64,000 nucleotides of DNA from Octopus bimaculoides (GCF_001194135.2 NC_068987.1:102011092-102075091); one strand, 5' to 3'; counted from the stretch's first letter, positions 12,606 to 26,980 are shown. A program made the numbers and translations. Notes: generated from the letters alone by a model not told the origin.

Positions 12606-13519
12606 CACTTTTTTCTTTGGAAGAAATTGGCAATGCTCTTTCTGATAAGGGATAGCTTCCACCTAGTTTACAAAGCTGAACACATGTATGTTCAACAGTA
12701 ATGAAAATGCCAACATCACTACTCCATTTCTTACTGTTTTCTAACTCCTGCCCACTTACTCTATTCAAAAGGACCAAGCCATTCATATGATATTCATAGA
12801 TATTCCTATGTCCAGAGTCACATCCTACGTGAAACTTCGACTGCTTCCTTACCCGATGCAATTACTTGTTGCCTCCTTCATCTAAGCTACATGTCTTCCA
12901 GGATCCAAATGCACTGTTCATTTCTCTAATAATTCTGCTTGTCCTTCATCCAATTTTGGAGCACGTTGTTCCTTGAAATTCTTTGTATAAGAGCAAGACT
13001 GGCTGCCACTTCAGCTATATATATATTTAAAGAGCATCTCGATTTCTGTCAACACTAAATGCAAAAACACCTTATTCTATTAGATCACCATCTCTGAGAA
13101 ACTTTAATAAAATATGGTAAGAGTGTGTTTCATCAGCTTAAAGAACAATGATTCTTTTTCCAATCTGGGGTTCTTTCTTTCAATATATGAATATCTTCTT
13201 CAAGATATTATTGGAATGAATTACTGTATTGGAATGCATTACTGAAGACGGCATAACGAGCAAGAAATGCATCTAGCGTTCCGACAAGTGGATACGAAGT
13301 GGTGTTTGGGCGACGGATCTTGGTAGAACAAAAAGAATGTCATGGTGAGTTAGTAAGGAGAGCAAAGCAAGACTGGACTTATGTGGGCTGGCAGGACGAT
13401 TAAAAAATTGCGGAGTTGGAATTGGAGCAGTTGAAGTTGAGCTTGTTATCATTGGGGTGCCTCTTGGTAGACAACATTCTTCGTCCTTCCCTCGGATGCA
13501 CAAATAGAAAGACCATGGC

Positions 13520-13601
13520 GACAGCCATGGGGGGAGCCGAAATAAATTTTTTCAATTTTTTTCAAGGGAAGCCAAATCGCGAAAAAGTTTGAGAAATGCT
13601 G
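13520..13601. mobile_element. Possible hAT/Charlie-type terminal inverted repeat (single end)
   Basis: AAGTTTGAGAAATGCTG (reverse complement CAGCATTTCTCAAACTT) followed by ATCTATAA, similar to the NTCTAGAN target; partner end not found. Confidence 0.4.
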
Positions 13602-14291
13602 ATCTATAACGATGGTTTTTATTTAGGCACATCGTAAAAGTAATTATAATGAATTGCTTAATATAAAGTAAAGTATGTTTTTTCAAGCAAATACAGTTAG
13701 AAAATATATTTACCATTTCAAGTCATTACTAAAAACAAAGCTCATCAATATTTGAATGAAATAATGATTTTATTCTTTTATTCTAAGTTGTACATTTTGC
13801 CCGAGAAATAAAGCAAATAATCATCAAATGCGTTGTTAAAAATCTGCAACTCGATAACCAATATCTCCAAATTGATTAGAAATGCATAAATTTAATAATA
13901 ACAATGTTTTTGAGATTCCGGTTCGAATGACATGAGTGTTTTTGTTTCACTTTTGACACATAATACTTAAATAGTGGAGGAGGATGTTGTTGCTGTAGAC
14001 TGGAAGTATGCATNNNNNNNNNNNNNNNNNNNNNNNNNNNNNNNNNNNNNNNNNNNNNNNNNNNNNNNNNNNNNNNNNNNNNNNNNNNNNNNNNNNNNNN
14101 NNNNNNNNNNNNNNNNNNNNNNNNNNNNNNNNNNNNNNNNNNNNNNNNNNNNNNNNNNNNNNNNNNNNNNNNNNNNNNNNNNNNNNNNNNNNNNNNNNNN
14201 NNNNNNNNNNNNNNNNNNNNNNNNNNNNNNNNNNNNNNNNNNNNNNNNNNNNNNNNNNNNNNNNNNNNNNNNNNNNNNNNNNNNNNNNNNC

Positions 14292-14501
14292 TACAGGCAC
14301 AACAGAAACAGGAAGTAAGAATGAGAGAAAGTTGCGGTGAAAGAGTACAGCAGGGTTCGCCACCATCTCCTGCTTTAGGTGTTTTCGTGGAGGTTAAGGT
14401 GTTTTCGCTCAATAAACACTCACAACGCCCGGTCTGGGAATCGAAACCGCGATCCTATGACCACGAGTCCGCTGCCCTAACCACTGGGCCATTGCGCCTC
14501 C
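14292..14501 (-). mobile_element. SINE family D (well-preserved tRNA-like head)
   Basis: Minus strand GGAGGCGCAATGGCCCAGTGGTTAGGGC...GGTTTCGATTCCCAGACC contains A and B boxes, but continues into a non-tRNA body with no acceptor stem. Confidence 0.85.
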
Positions 14502-14548
<47 letters not shown>

Positions 14549-14570
14549 CATAAGTGTGGATATACGTATG

Positions 14571-14602
<32 letters not shown>

Positions 14603-15838
14603 GATGGATGGATACACGCTTGCATGTATGTATAAATGGATGCATACATCTAAGTGTCTGTCTCTGATTATCTGTAAGTGTGTGCTTTTTCGTGTTTTAG
14701 CATGTGTCGTTTCGTGCGCACCGTTTTATTTCCGTTAAATAATACAGACGGAAGAAATTCGTCCCAGGTGTACGTTAATTACATTAATTTTCTCCTTCAT
14801 TTCATTTACTGACCCATCCTCCTCTGTCTGAATAAGACTTCCTCTTTTACGAACCTTATACCTAGCCAACTAACTTATATCTATCAATCTATCTATCTAT
14901 CAATCTATCTATATATCTATCTATCTATCTGCCAATATCTATCTATCTATCTATCAATCTATCTATCTATCGCTCTGTACATATATGTGTGTGTGTTTAC
15001 ACACACACACACACACNNNNNNNNNNNNNNNNNNNNNNNNNNNNNNNNNNNNNNNNNNNNNNNNNNNNNNNNNNNNNNNNNNNNNNNNNNNNNNNNNNNN
15101 NNNNNNNNNNNNNNNNNNNNNNNNNNNNNNNNNNNNNNNNNNNNNNNNNNNNNNNNNNNNNNNNNNNNNNNNNNNNNNNNNNNNNNNNNNNNNNNNNNNN
15201 NNNNNNNNNNNNNNNNNNNNNNNNNNNNNNNNNNNNNNNNNNNNNNNNNNNNNNNNNNNNNNNNNNNNNNNNNNNNNNNNNNNNNNNNNNNNNNNNNNNN
15301 NNNNNNNNNNNNNNNNNNNNNNNNNNNNNNNNNNNNNNNNNNNNNNNNNNNNNNNNNNNNNNNNNNNNNNNNNNNNNNNNNNNNNNNNNNNNNNNNNNNN
15401 NNNNNNNNNNNNNNNNNNNNNNNNNNNNNNNNNNNNNNNNNNNNNNNNNNNNNNNNNNNNNNNNNNNNNNNNNNNNNNNNNNNNNNNNNNNNNNNNNNNN
15501 NNNNNNNNNNNNNNNNNNNNNNNNNNNNNNNNNNNNNNNNNNNNNNNNNNNNNNNNNNNNNNNNNNNNNNNNNNNNNNNNNNNNNNNNNNNNNNNNNNNN
15601 NNNNNNNNNNNNNNNNNNNNNNNNNNNNNNNNNNNNNNNNNNNNNNNNNNNNNNNNNNNNNNNNNNNNNNNNNNNNNNNNNNNNNNNNNNNNNNNNNNNN
15701 NNNNNNNNNNNNNNNNNNNNNNNNNNNNNNNNNNNNNNNNNNNNNNNNNNNNNNNNNNNNNNNNNNNNNNNNNNNNNNNNNNNNNNNNNNNNNNNNNNNN
15801 NNNNNNNNNNNNNNNNNNNNNNNNNNNNNNNNNNNNNN

Positions 15839-15875
<37 letters not shown>

Positions 15876-16264
15876 TATACATACGCACATATATATACAT
15901 ATATGTATATGTATTCATATGCATATATCTATATTTATATATATACATGTATACATATACACACACATGCACACACATACACATGTGTGTGTGTGTCTTG
16001 TGTGCACATAGAGAGCTGTGCTTTGTTATACTTAGACAGCTAATATATATCCTATCACCTGAATTGAATATATAAAACATGCCATTATTTATTCTCTTAT
16101 TTAGGTTTTTTTTTTTAAATTGCTGACACGAAATTGGTAAGTTGCAAAACGTCAGTGACTATAATGGATGTCTTAAATCTTGGCACTGCTGCCTGATATC
16201 ATGGAAAAAAGAAATTGAAACGAACCGCGAAACGTTAGGAGAATATTTGTGGAATTGACTGAAT

Positions 16265-16380
16265 ATACAGAGGCCTGTACGGTTGTGTGGTTGTGAAATA
16301 CTTTAAGAAACGTAATGGTTTCGATTTCGTTCTCTCGGCGTGAGACCTTGTGAAGTTGTCTTCTAAAATCTTAGAAATAG
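16265..16380 (+). mobile_element. Degenerate tRNA-SINE head (probably family B)
   Basis: GGTTGTGTGG...GGTTTCGATTTC...GACCTTGTGAAGTTGTCTTCTA: A/B-box-like motifs plus a CORE-like motif; strongly diverged. Confidence 0.45.
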
Positions 16381-16544
16381 GTCCCTTATAAATGTCTGTT
16401 TTTTGTTGTTAGATGGTTAGGAAGCTCGTCGAATATTTATATGTATCTCTTCATTCATATGGGGAGAGGGGCAGAGAGATTGAGAGAGAGATTGAGAGAG
16501 ATAGAGACAGAGGGATTGAGAAGGAAACAGTAAGAGAGTGAAAG

Positions 16545-16835
16545 AGAGAAAACAAGAGAGAGAGAGAAAACTAGAGAGAGAGAGAGAGAGAGAGAAAACA
16601 AGAGAGAGAGAGAGAAAACAAGAGAGAGAGAGAGACAACAAGAGAGAGAGAGAGAAAACAAGAGAGAGAGAGAAAACAAGAGAGAGAGAAAACAAGAGAG
16701 AGAGAGAAAACAAGAGAGAGAGAGAAAACAAGAGAGAGAGAGAGATAGAGAAAACAAGAGAGATAGAGAAAACAAGAGAGATAGAGAAAACAAGAGAGAG
16801 AGAGAGAAAACAAGAGAGAGAGAGAGAGAGAGAGA
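16545..16835. repeat. (AAAACAAG(AG)n) compound minisatellite
   Basis: More than 12 units read directly. Confidence 0.92.
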
Positions 16836-17089
16836 GGGAAAAAGAGAGCAATGGTGAGAGAGACGGGTGGAAGAGTGATACAGAAAGAGAGGGAAAGTGT
16901 GTGTTTCGTGTTTCTTATGATATGTGTGTTTATATGTGTGTGTGTGTGTGTCTGTGTGAGTGAGAGGCAAAGAGAGTGAGTGGAGAGAGGACGTATTTGA
17001 TTACTACATGCTATCAGAGTTTTCGGCATAGAAAGATTAGAGAAGTGAGAAGAGTGAGAGGAAGAGAGAAAGAAAGAAATAGCAAGAGA

Positions 17090-17121
<32 letters not shown>

Positions 17122-17287
17122 CAGACAGACAGAGAGAGTGAGAGGAAGAAAGAGAGAACTTGTTTGTTTACAACATGGTTATGAGGTATCTTTCTGGTAG
17201 CCTGACTGACTACCAGAACATTATCTGAATCAAACTCACTTTTTTTTAAATAGTGTCGTATTTTATTCAGATCGGTTCGAGCAAAAG

Positions 17288-17355
17288 TATGTAACGATCA
17301 ATATTATGTAACGATCAATATTATGTAACGATCAATATTATGTAACGATCAATAT
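17288..17355. repeat. 17-bp perfect tandem repeat x4 (TATGTAACGATCAATAT)
   Basis: Four identical units read directly. Confidence 0.95.
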
Positions 17356-17371
17356 TAAAATGTTAGTTAAA

Positions 17372-17585
17372 GCGGCAAGCTGGCAGCATTGCTGCTTTCC
17401 GGACAAAATGCTTAGCGGTATTTCGTCCGTCATTACGTTCTGAGTTCAAATCCCACCTAGGTCTACTTTCTCTTTCATCCTTTTTGGGTCCTTAAAATAA
17501 ATGTCAGTTGAACATTGGATTCAATGTAATCGTCTTACCCCTCCCCACAAATTTTAGGCTTGTGCTAACATTTGAAACCAATATT
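17372..17585 (+). mobile_element. SINE family A copy
   Basis: GCGGCAAGCTGGCAG...AAATGCTTAGCGGTATTTCGTCCGTCATTACGTTCTGAGTTCAAAT. Confidence 0.8.
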
Positions 17586-18879
17586 AAAAGGTAAGTTATT
17601 TCTGCGTTGTTCCTCCTCATGCTATGACGTCACGATTTCTTTGAATTACAGTAATGAAAAAATACATCACACTGGTTCCGAATTTCTAAACTAATTGTTC
17701 ACAGATAAGATTTCTACACTGCAGCACAGCCATAGCTTTAGTCCATTCCTTGAAATTTCTACTATAGATTTCATTTGCATTGAGATACATATTTCATGCT
17801 TTCTGGCCATTTCTGGAACTGATATGAATTTAATGAAAAAATAAAAACACAAAAAAATACAATAATTTATTCTGCAGGAAAATTCATTATCGTTCTATAA
17901 AATTTTTTTCCTTCATCAAATTTTATGTAGATGGAATGAGAACAGAAAACAGAATTTCAATGTATATCTGTGCGTTGAACATTCAACTCAAATTTTCCCT
18001 CCGTCTTTATTTGAACTGCCGGTTCAGTATCCGACGTGAGCGGAAAATCGTTCTCTTCGGGCAGTTAGAATGTCACATGAAAACTTTCCAACGTCATCTA
18101 GTTGGCCAGTGCCATTTCATGATTGATCTTTGAAGTATGACTTTCTAACAATAGCTCGAGCACAATTTTTTCCTTCTCTTTAACAAAGAGTGCAAATGCT
18201 GGTTCTTATTTGGATTGTCCGCATCTCTCACTTCATTTCAGTGATTCATTGCATTTCTGTCACAAACATTGGCTTTTTTTTCAGTACATATTTTTCTGTG
18301 TATTTTTCTATTTTCAAGTCATATTGTTTCAAGTTTCCTATTTCTAACATAAATATCTCATATGTGATCTTACCGAAGTTTCCCTTTTATAAACTTTTAC
18401 CCCATCTCGTTTTTTAAAACCAAGACAAAATCTTAGACAGTTTTCTGTGGACAACCAATATCTTCCGCCAAATTCTCTTCGATTAATTTATAGAAAATTT
18501 CATAAACCTTTTCATTATTTTAATTAAAAACACTCTTGTTGGAGCCGAAACTCCTTTCACTTCACCAACTCCAGAATGTCTGAATGCAAGGCCTCATTTG
18601 CATACTCATTTGCATTTTTGTATCTGTAGTGGTATTGATTTTAGAAATGTAAATTACAGGCGATTGCATATAAAATTCTTTCTTTCAGTTATGTTTCATG
18701 AAACCACAATTTTCATCTTTTCAACGTAAATTGTTTTGAGTCATATTGGAAATTATCGTTTCTACTATACTATCAACATCTAAGTAGATATCCGCCAGAC
18801 TGTAGAGATTCAATAAAGTCTGATACGGTTGTGTAATTTCGAGTAAATGAACGACACAGTCTTGTCACGTATGTGTATA

Positions 18880-19135
18880 GGTTGACCGGTAATAAAGTCA
18901 CAGGAAAAAAGTCACAGCAATAAAGTCACAATTTTGGCTAGATAAAATAAGTTTCAGGAAAATAATTCACAATTAATTCATGCTGGTAGGTAATGAAGTC
19001 TCAGGAAAAAAGTCACAATTAGTTTATGGGATCTGGACAAACTCCACCTAAGACAAAACTCTCTCGGACAAAAGTCCCCCGGACAAAACATCAGTGACTT
19101 TTTTTCCTGTGACTTTTTTTTTCTCACCTGGATTC
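18880..19135. mobile_element. Foldback MITE, MULE-like, with internal subrepeats
   Basis: Left GGTAATAAAGTCACAGGAAAAAAGTCAC and right GTGACTTTTTTTCCTGTGACTTTT...CACC form ~30-bp terminal inverted repeats (TIRs). Internal AAAGTCACA and GGACAAAA motifs are repeated. No target-site duplication (TSD) seen; superfamily is inferred. Confidence 0.65.
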
Positions 19136-20056
19136 GTGAATGGAATACTCAGATAATTCAGAGGCCGGTAATTCAGTTGATCGAATACTTTAATCTTCAT
19201 TGTTTTTGTTTTTCCCTTCCAACACAGAACGTCAAAAGCTTGTAATTTAGTTGCTAATTTTCGTACTCAGGGTTTGTTCGAACTCCAGACGTGCTAGAAG
19301 AAAGAGTAGCACACGACTGAAAGTTTTTCAAGAATTAAATATCTTCTGATATTGTCTGGAACATCTATGCGAGATTACACTATCACTCGTATATCTATCA
19401 GAGAAAAAGAACTTACGGTCCGATTTCATTGTAAATTAGAGTGCAAAGTGCACAACATATACGATAAGTAAAGCATGTACGAAAGTGTTGCTATGATAGG
19501 TGCTGAAATTCAACTAGTGCAAAATTATTGAGTGTGATAAGTGTAAATCAGGACAGCAATGCTGTTCTCAAAAACTGACGACGTTTTGTGTAGCACACAA
19601 ATCACTTATATTATAGGGGAAGCTCTAGAGAATAGCCCCAAATTTTCCATCTAAAGAGCGATGCTCTCGCGCGAAGAATAGACGATACGTGAAATTTGGT
19701 CAATTGCTTATAAACGAAGCGCAGATATCTCCCCACCACCAAAAAAGAAAATGCACACACACACGCATGCATATACACGTACAGGCGTACGCACGCACAA
19801 GCACACACATACACCCACACTCACACACACTGACGCACAGTCACACAAAAACAATCACACACGCACACAAAAGCACACCTCATCATTAATTTGAAGAGCT
19901 ACTGAATTGGAGACGGTAAGTTTTCTCAGGAATAAATATTTAAAACATAATTACTCGTTTTACAGTTTTCATGAAAAATTTCCTGAGTTCTTTCAGGATT
20001 TCTGATGTTTTTGATCTTTGATTCCACACACACCCCCGCAAACACACACACACGCA

Positions 20057-20157
<101 letters not shown>

Positions 20158-20452
20158 ACACGTGTATATTTGAATATGTATATATATGTTACATATATCT
20201 ATACTTATATCTATCTATGAATACACAAACATACACACACACATACACACACAGTTGAATTGGAACTGCGTCAGCGACCATGTCACATCAGAACGGAAGT
20301 ACAGACATCCCAAGATATAACGAAATGTGAAGTTAATAGTTTTTGTAAGATTTTAGTTGTCTATAATTGCCGTTGTATTGAGACACTACCTCAAATCTAA
20401 CTCCATGGTCACAGCAAAAATTTCTTATGCATACAAACACATATAACTACAC

Positions 20453-20489
<37 letters not shown>

Positions 20490-20500
20490 CACACTTACAA

Positions 20501-20537
<37 letters not shown>

Positions 20538-21036
20538 CGAACACACCCGTTCTCAGATACACAGGCCTATAAAGACGTACATCGATATATCTGAGAGAAT
20601 GAGAGAGGGTTGCAATGTATAATATTTGACAGTTCGTATTTCTCGATTGCGTCTTTTTATGCGACTCAAAAGATACGTTTTATATCGTCCAGTCAAAAGC
20701 TATCAAAAGCAGTTTATTGTGCGGATACTACATGGAGTATTAATAGCAGCAATAACACCAGCCTTAGCAGCAGCAGCAACAGTAGTAGTAGTAGTAGTAG
20801 TCAGATGTGTACAGTTCCGGTACAGTTTTCTTTTATGAGGTACCCTCTTCTCTCTTACTCGACGTTTGTTGTTTCGGTAAAGTGATATGTTTAGGAATGA
20901 AACACCCTTTAAGAAAGTAAAATAACACGTTAATAGATGCCGCATCACCGCGCGATACATTGCTGTTTGTCGTATACATACGTACAAACATATATATATA
21001 TATATAATACATATATATACGTGCATATATGAATAC

Positions 21037-21073
<37 letters not shown>

Positions 21074-21997
21074 NNNNNNNNNNNNNNNNNNNNNNNNNNN
21101 NNNNNNNNNNNNNNNNNNNNNNNNNNNNNNNNNNNNNNNNNNNNNNNNNNNNNNNNNNNNNNNNNNNNNNNNNNNNNNNNNNNNNNNNNNNNNNNNNNNN
21201 NNNNNNNNNNNNNNNNNNNNNNNNNNNNNNNNNNNNNNNNNNNNNNNNNNNNNNNNNNNNNNNNNNNNNNNNNNNNNNNNNNNNNNNNNNNNNNNNNNNN
21301 NNNNNNNNNNNNNNNNNNNNNNNNNNNNNNNNNNNNNNNNNNNNNNNNNNNNNNNNNNNNNNNNNNNNNNNNNNNNNNNNNNNNNNNNNNNNNNNNNNNN
21401 NNNNNNNNNNNNNNNNNNNNNNNNNNNNNNNNNNNNNNNNNNNNNNNNNNNNNNNNNNNNNNNNNNNNNNNNNNNNNNNNNNNNNNNNNNNNNNNNNNNN
21501 NNNNNNNNNNNNNNNNNNNNNNNNNNNNNNNNNNNNNNNNNNNNNNNNNNNNNNNNNNNNNNNNNNNNNNNNNNNNNNNNNNNNNNNNNNNNNNNNNNNN
21601 NNNNNNNNNNNNNNNNNNNNNNNNNNNNNNNNNNNNNNNNNNNNNNNNNNNNNNNNNNNNNNNNNNNNNNNNNNNNNNNNNNNNNNNNNNNNNNNNNNNN
21701 NNNNNNNNNNNNNNNNNNNNNNNNNNNNNNNNNNNNNNNNNNNNNNNNNNNNNNNNNNNNNNNNNNNNNNNNNNNNNNNNNNNNNNNNNNNNNNNNNNNN
21801 NNNNNNNNNNNNNNNNNNNNNNNNNNNNNNNNNNNNNNNNNNNNNNNNNNNNNNNNNNNNNNNNNNNNNNNNNNNNNNNNNNTCTCTCTCTCTCTCTCTC
21901 TCTCTCTCTTGCTTTTTCATTTACTCCTTCAGACCAATCTTTACACTAATTTTCCGCCGTAACATTTCTTTCTCTGTTTCACTCTCTGTACCCGCTG

Positions 21998-22051
<54 letters not shown>

Positions 22052-23039
22052 CATCTATCCATCTATCCATCTATCTATGTAACTGTTTATGCCTCTGTGC
22101 TGTGCGTACACCTATAAATACACATGAAAATTTGNNNNNNNNNNNNNNNNNNNNNNNNNNNNNNNNNNNNNNNNNNNNNNNNNNNNNNNNNNNNNNNNNN
22201 NNNNNNNNNNNNNNNNNNNNNNNNNNNNNNNNNNNNNNNNNNNNNNNNNNNNNNNNNNNNNNNNNNNNNNNNNNNNNNNNNNNNNNNNNNNNNNNNNNNN
22301 NNNNNNNNNNNNNNNNNNNNNNNNNNNNNNNNNNNNNNNNNNNNNNNNNNNNNNNNNNNNNNNNNNNNNNNNNNNNNNNNNNNNNNNNNNNNNNNNNNNN
22401 NNNNNNNNNNNNNNNNNNNNNNNNNNNNNNNNNNNNNNNNNNNNNNNNNNNNNNNNNNNNNNNNNNNNNNNNNNNNNNNNNNNNNNNNNNNNNNNNNNGT
22501 GTCACATGCATTGAAGAATTAGACTTTCGTTTTATATTATTTCTAATGAATTGGAATATCCTTGATTCGAATATCATCAAAACTGGAGAGTAAGAAATTT
22601 TAATGAGGATTATTTCCCTCTTTACACACCCTAAGAAAAATTCTAATCATGACATATTTATCCCATACTACTTATCTTTATGCCCAGATTCCAAAATCCA
22701 AATCCTATAAAACCTATTCAAAGGATTTTGCTGATGAAAAATGGATCACATAGAGCACATGGCGCTCTAAAATGTGGGAGTCAAGACCCCTATTAGGGGT
22801 GGGGTCTGATAGTCTACCAGAGAAGTTGAATTTTGGGGAATATTTTTTAACTTGTGTCTAATATCAATTGTTCAAATTTCTTTGAAATCGGAATTATATG
22901 AATGTTCACTGGGTTTGTAAAAGAGAGCAAAGAAAGCTACAGGAAACCAAAAGACGAATGATCACAATAAGCAGTCTGCTACTCTACCCAAGTCTTACCA
23001 CTACCCAATGACGGATTCCTCACGAAACAGATAATCGGC

Positions 23040-23260
23040 ACAGCCGTAAGATGCATTACGGATCTATAGCAATTGGAAGGGCGTGACTCAACTCAGATAA
23101 ACATTAACTACTGTGTGACGTGAGGGCCAAGGGGAAATGGAAGTGTCACCTCTGGAGTTTGCCAATGATTACTAGGCTGATAGTTAGCTGAACAGTATAA
23201 ATTTTCCATATATAAATCTCTTTGAATGACCAGTCACTTATCTGGAAAGACCTTGAAAAC
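23040..23260 (+). mobile_element. Possible highly degenerate CR1/L2-like RT fragment
   Basis: AGTGTCACCTCTGGAGT reads SVTSGV (cf. VTSGVPQG), followed by FSIY; multiple stops. Confidence 0.28.
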
Positions 23261-24454
23261 ACTGTTACCCTCCAGGGATTATCTCTGACCCAGTGATAAT
23301 AAAAAAACTCAAAGGAGGTCTGCAACCAAATAACTTTACTCAAAATAACACTTTGCAACTTAGTCAGGGCAGACAAAGTTGTCTCTTCTTTACTTAACAA
23401 TTTAAGCACCACATTGCAGAAATCACAACGTAAGTATATCTCAAAGCGAACTCTTACACTGTTTACATTGCATTACAAATAACTTTCATCTTGCATGCTC
23501 GTGTGACTCTACAGCTTCGAAGACTACGATTGTATTTGTCTTGGCTCTGGAAAAATTACTAAATTTCAATTGTATCTGACATCTATGGTTAAAATGTCAT
23601 CAAGAAGTTTATCACTTAAATATATATGAGCATGTCTAGATATGCAAAGATATGCATGAGAGTACATATATAAAACAAAACATACAATCTGCACATATAC
23701 ATACATACAAACGTACTTACATATATACATACATACAAACAAAAATACGCTATCGTTGAACAGGTTGAAATTCCAATGAAGGAGCCTTGGATCTAAGTTA
23801 GAAAACGGCTCTTTCTCTATTGGCTCGAAATCTTGAAATAAAACCCAAAATGACACATGCATGCATACATGAATACATACATACATACATACATACATCC
23901 ATACATACATACACACACACACGCGCGCATACATACATACATACATACATACATACAGATAGACAGACAGACAGATATACAAACAGATATACAGACAGAG
24001 AGACATACCTTCATTTAAACTCGTGTTTTTGCATGTCTGTGCAAAACATTGTCATGGTGGTCTAGAATACACCTGGATATGAAATAATTATCCTTGGAAT
24101 ATTTGCTCAAACATTATTTTCATTCCATCTAAAACATACACCGAACAATGCCTAACTGAGAAGCCTGAGCATTGTAGAGGTAGGTGATGAAGAAATTAAT
24201 GCTTTTCACAGTTACAGCTGGAACACATATTGACTATTTTAGCTAAATGGTAACATCAGCTTCATTACATACAGAAATATTTATTTTCTGCCTTCCAGAT
24301 GTGATACAAAAACATTCTGATCGAGAGAAAATGGATTAATTCTCTCTCCAGGACAATCTAGAGGGGCAAAAATATGTGAACTACTCCAGAATTTATTGGT
24401 GATATATATCTTATGCGGGAAGAGTAGAATATTTTGATATTTCAGTAACATTGA

Positions 24455-24669
24455 AGCTGGCGAGGTGGCAGAATCGTTGGCACGCCGGGCGAAATTCTTA
24501 GCGGTATTTCGTCTGTCTTTTTGTTCTGAGTTCAAATTCTGCCGAGATCGAGATTGCCTTTTATCCTTTCGGGTCGTTAAATTAAGTACCAGTTGCGTAC
24601 TGGGGACGATCTAATCAACCGGCCTCCTCCCCCAAAATGTCGGGCCTTGTGCCTAGAGTAGAAAAGAAT
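24455..24669 (+). mobile_element. SINE family A, best-preserved full-length copy
   Basis: GGCGAGGTGGCAGAATCGTTGGCACGCCGGGCGAAAT...GAGTTCAAATTC (B-box-like)...TTAAGTACCAGTTGCGTACTGGGG...CTTGTGCCTAGAGTAGAAAAGAAT. Confidence 0.88.
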
Positions 24670-24856
24670 CGTTAGCACGCTGGATGAACTGCTTAGCAGC
24701 ATTTCACCCGTCTTTACGTCGTCCGTTCAAAATTTGCCGAGGTCGAATTTGCCTGTCATGCTTTCAGGGTCCATGAAATTATTATCAATTGAACACCGAG
24801 ATCGATGTAATCGAAGTACTAGCTTCCCTAAAAAAATCCTGCCCTTGTGCCAAAAT
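24665..24856 (+). mobile_element. SINE family A, diverged copy directly in tandem
   Basis: Begins AGAATCGTTAGCACG, overlapping the previous copy's tail; ends CTTGTGCCAAAATT. Confidence 0.75.
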
Positions 24857-26809
24857 TGGGAGGGATATTTCAGATACAGCTTCTTTGACAGGACGGTCAA
24901 TTATTATTGGACGGCGAATGAGATCAAGAAATGAATAAAGCGGAAGATTGAGACAGGAAATAAATCCCAAAATGTTAGCGGAGAATGGATGATAAAGGAA
25001 GATCTGAAACATTATTAAGTAGTCTCGGAGATATGGACGTTTGATGATGGTTATGCTGGGCGTTGCGGAGACGTGTGTGACGTACTTTGAGTAATCCTGA
25101 AAGGAAGTGGGTCGTTGTGAAAGCTTGTGGGAAGAATAGCCAACAGTAGAAAAGGAACAGCTAAGAGAGATGATGCACTTTCTAAATTACATCGCGGAAA
25201 TGTCATATTAACGATTTAAAACACACATAGGCTGTCATATTCAGTTTTGTGTTATTTTCTGACAGCAGTAAGCATTTCTCAGTCAAGTGGTTGTTGTGAG
25301 ATCGCCAATAGAAATATATATATATATATATATATANNNNNNNNNNNNNNNNNNNNNNNNNNNNNNNNNNNNNNNNNNNNNNNNNNNNNNNNNNNNNNNN
25401 NNNNNNNNNNNNNNNNNNNNNNNNNNNNNNNNNNNNNNNNNNNNNNNNNNNNNNNNNNNNNNNNNNNNNNNNNNNNNNNNNNNNNNNNNNNNNNNNNNNN
25501 NNNNNNNNNNNNNNNNNNNNNNNATATATATATATATATATTTATATATATTTATTTATATATATTTATTTATATGTATGCGTGCATATATATTAATACA
25601 TACCTACACACATACATACATACACACACATATATACATATACCAATGTACACTAACATATGTATATATATACATATATACGTATATATATATTCATATA
25701 CATATATGTATATGCATATATACATACATACATGCATACATACATATATATATGTGTGTGTGTGCGTGTTTTATATACATACATACTTACATCGAGGTAC
25801 ACGCTCACAAAGAGAACTTCTATACATTTATATGTGTGTGTTTGTGTATTGTTTTCGTATATATTCACAGCTACACTCAAATCGTATTTCAATTCTTACC
25901 ATATGTCATCTAATCCCACTCAATATATATCATACCTGTGCAGTTGTCTCTGTTGCTTACATTGTCCATACAATTGGATGCTTAGTCGTTTCCCCAACTC
26001 TCTTGACTCTCTCTACATTAAACCTATGCGTAGGTCTCTGCATACCGACTTATTCAATTTCCTTTATGATATGATTCCTATAGAGCTGATCCTAATCACA
26101 TCTTTCTTCATCATCATCAATTGTACGTGATCCTTTGTATTCACTGACCCTTACTTACTTGCCTATTACAATATCTCTTAGATATTATCACTCTTTAAAA
26201 CAGAGAATGAAACCTTTCTAGTCAGAGTAGATAACACGCCTCTGTGTTTCTCCCCAGCTCATTGGATTTGCCGCCTTAATGTTGCTACTGTCTGTATATC
26301 TTGCGATATATACGCATATGTTTCAATATTCCAAATCGGAGGTACGTAATTCGGTTTCTACTTGAAGAATTTCTATGATATTCACATCTATCAATTCACG
26401 CTACAATTTATGCGTGTACTAATCTATACTCAATCAAAAATATTTTTTTTTATGTGTTTATACTCAGCTTAATCCATACTTCCATGGATCTAAAATTAGT
26501 TCTATTAAGACTTACTCTTAATACAAAAAGTGATACTTTTGCACAATGAACTTCTAATATATGTATGTATTTATGCATGTAAAGCTACATGAATGAAATT
26601 ATATGTACATGCACGTATGTAATATGTATGTGTGTGCATGTATGTATGTATTTATGTGTGTATGTATGTGTGTGCATGTGTTTATGCATGTGCGTATGCA
26701 TATATATAAATATATACATATAATATATATACAAAATATTTTTATGTATATAGATATATAGAGATGCCTTTTTAGACATGTATGCATATATATGTGTGTG
26801 TACGTATGC

Positions 26810-26861
<52 letters not shown>

Positions 26862-26927
26862 NNNNNNNNNNNNNNNNNNNNNNNNNNNNNNNNNNNNNNN
26901 NNNNNNNNNNNNNNNNNNNNNNNNNNN

Positions 26928-26980
<53 letters not shown>

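Noticed and set aside
12610-13240. Possible transposase upstream of the hAT-like end
   Set aside because: No recognisable hAT motif in the frames read.
14420-14501. tRNA gene
   Set aside because: A/B boxes are present, but there is no closing acceptor stem and the sequence continues into a SINE body.
17288-17355. CRISPR-like array (also 49401-49530 and 52743-52802)
   Set aside because: Contiguous tandem units with no spacers, eukaryotic context, and no cas genes.
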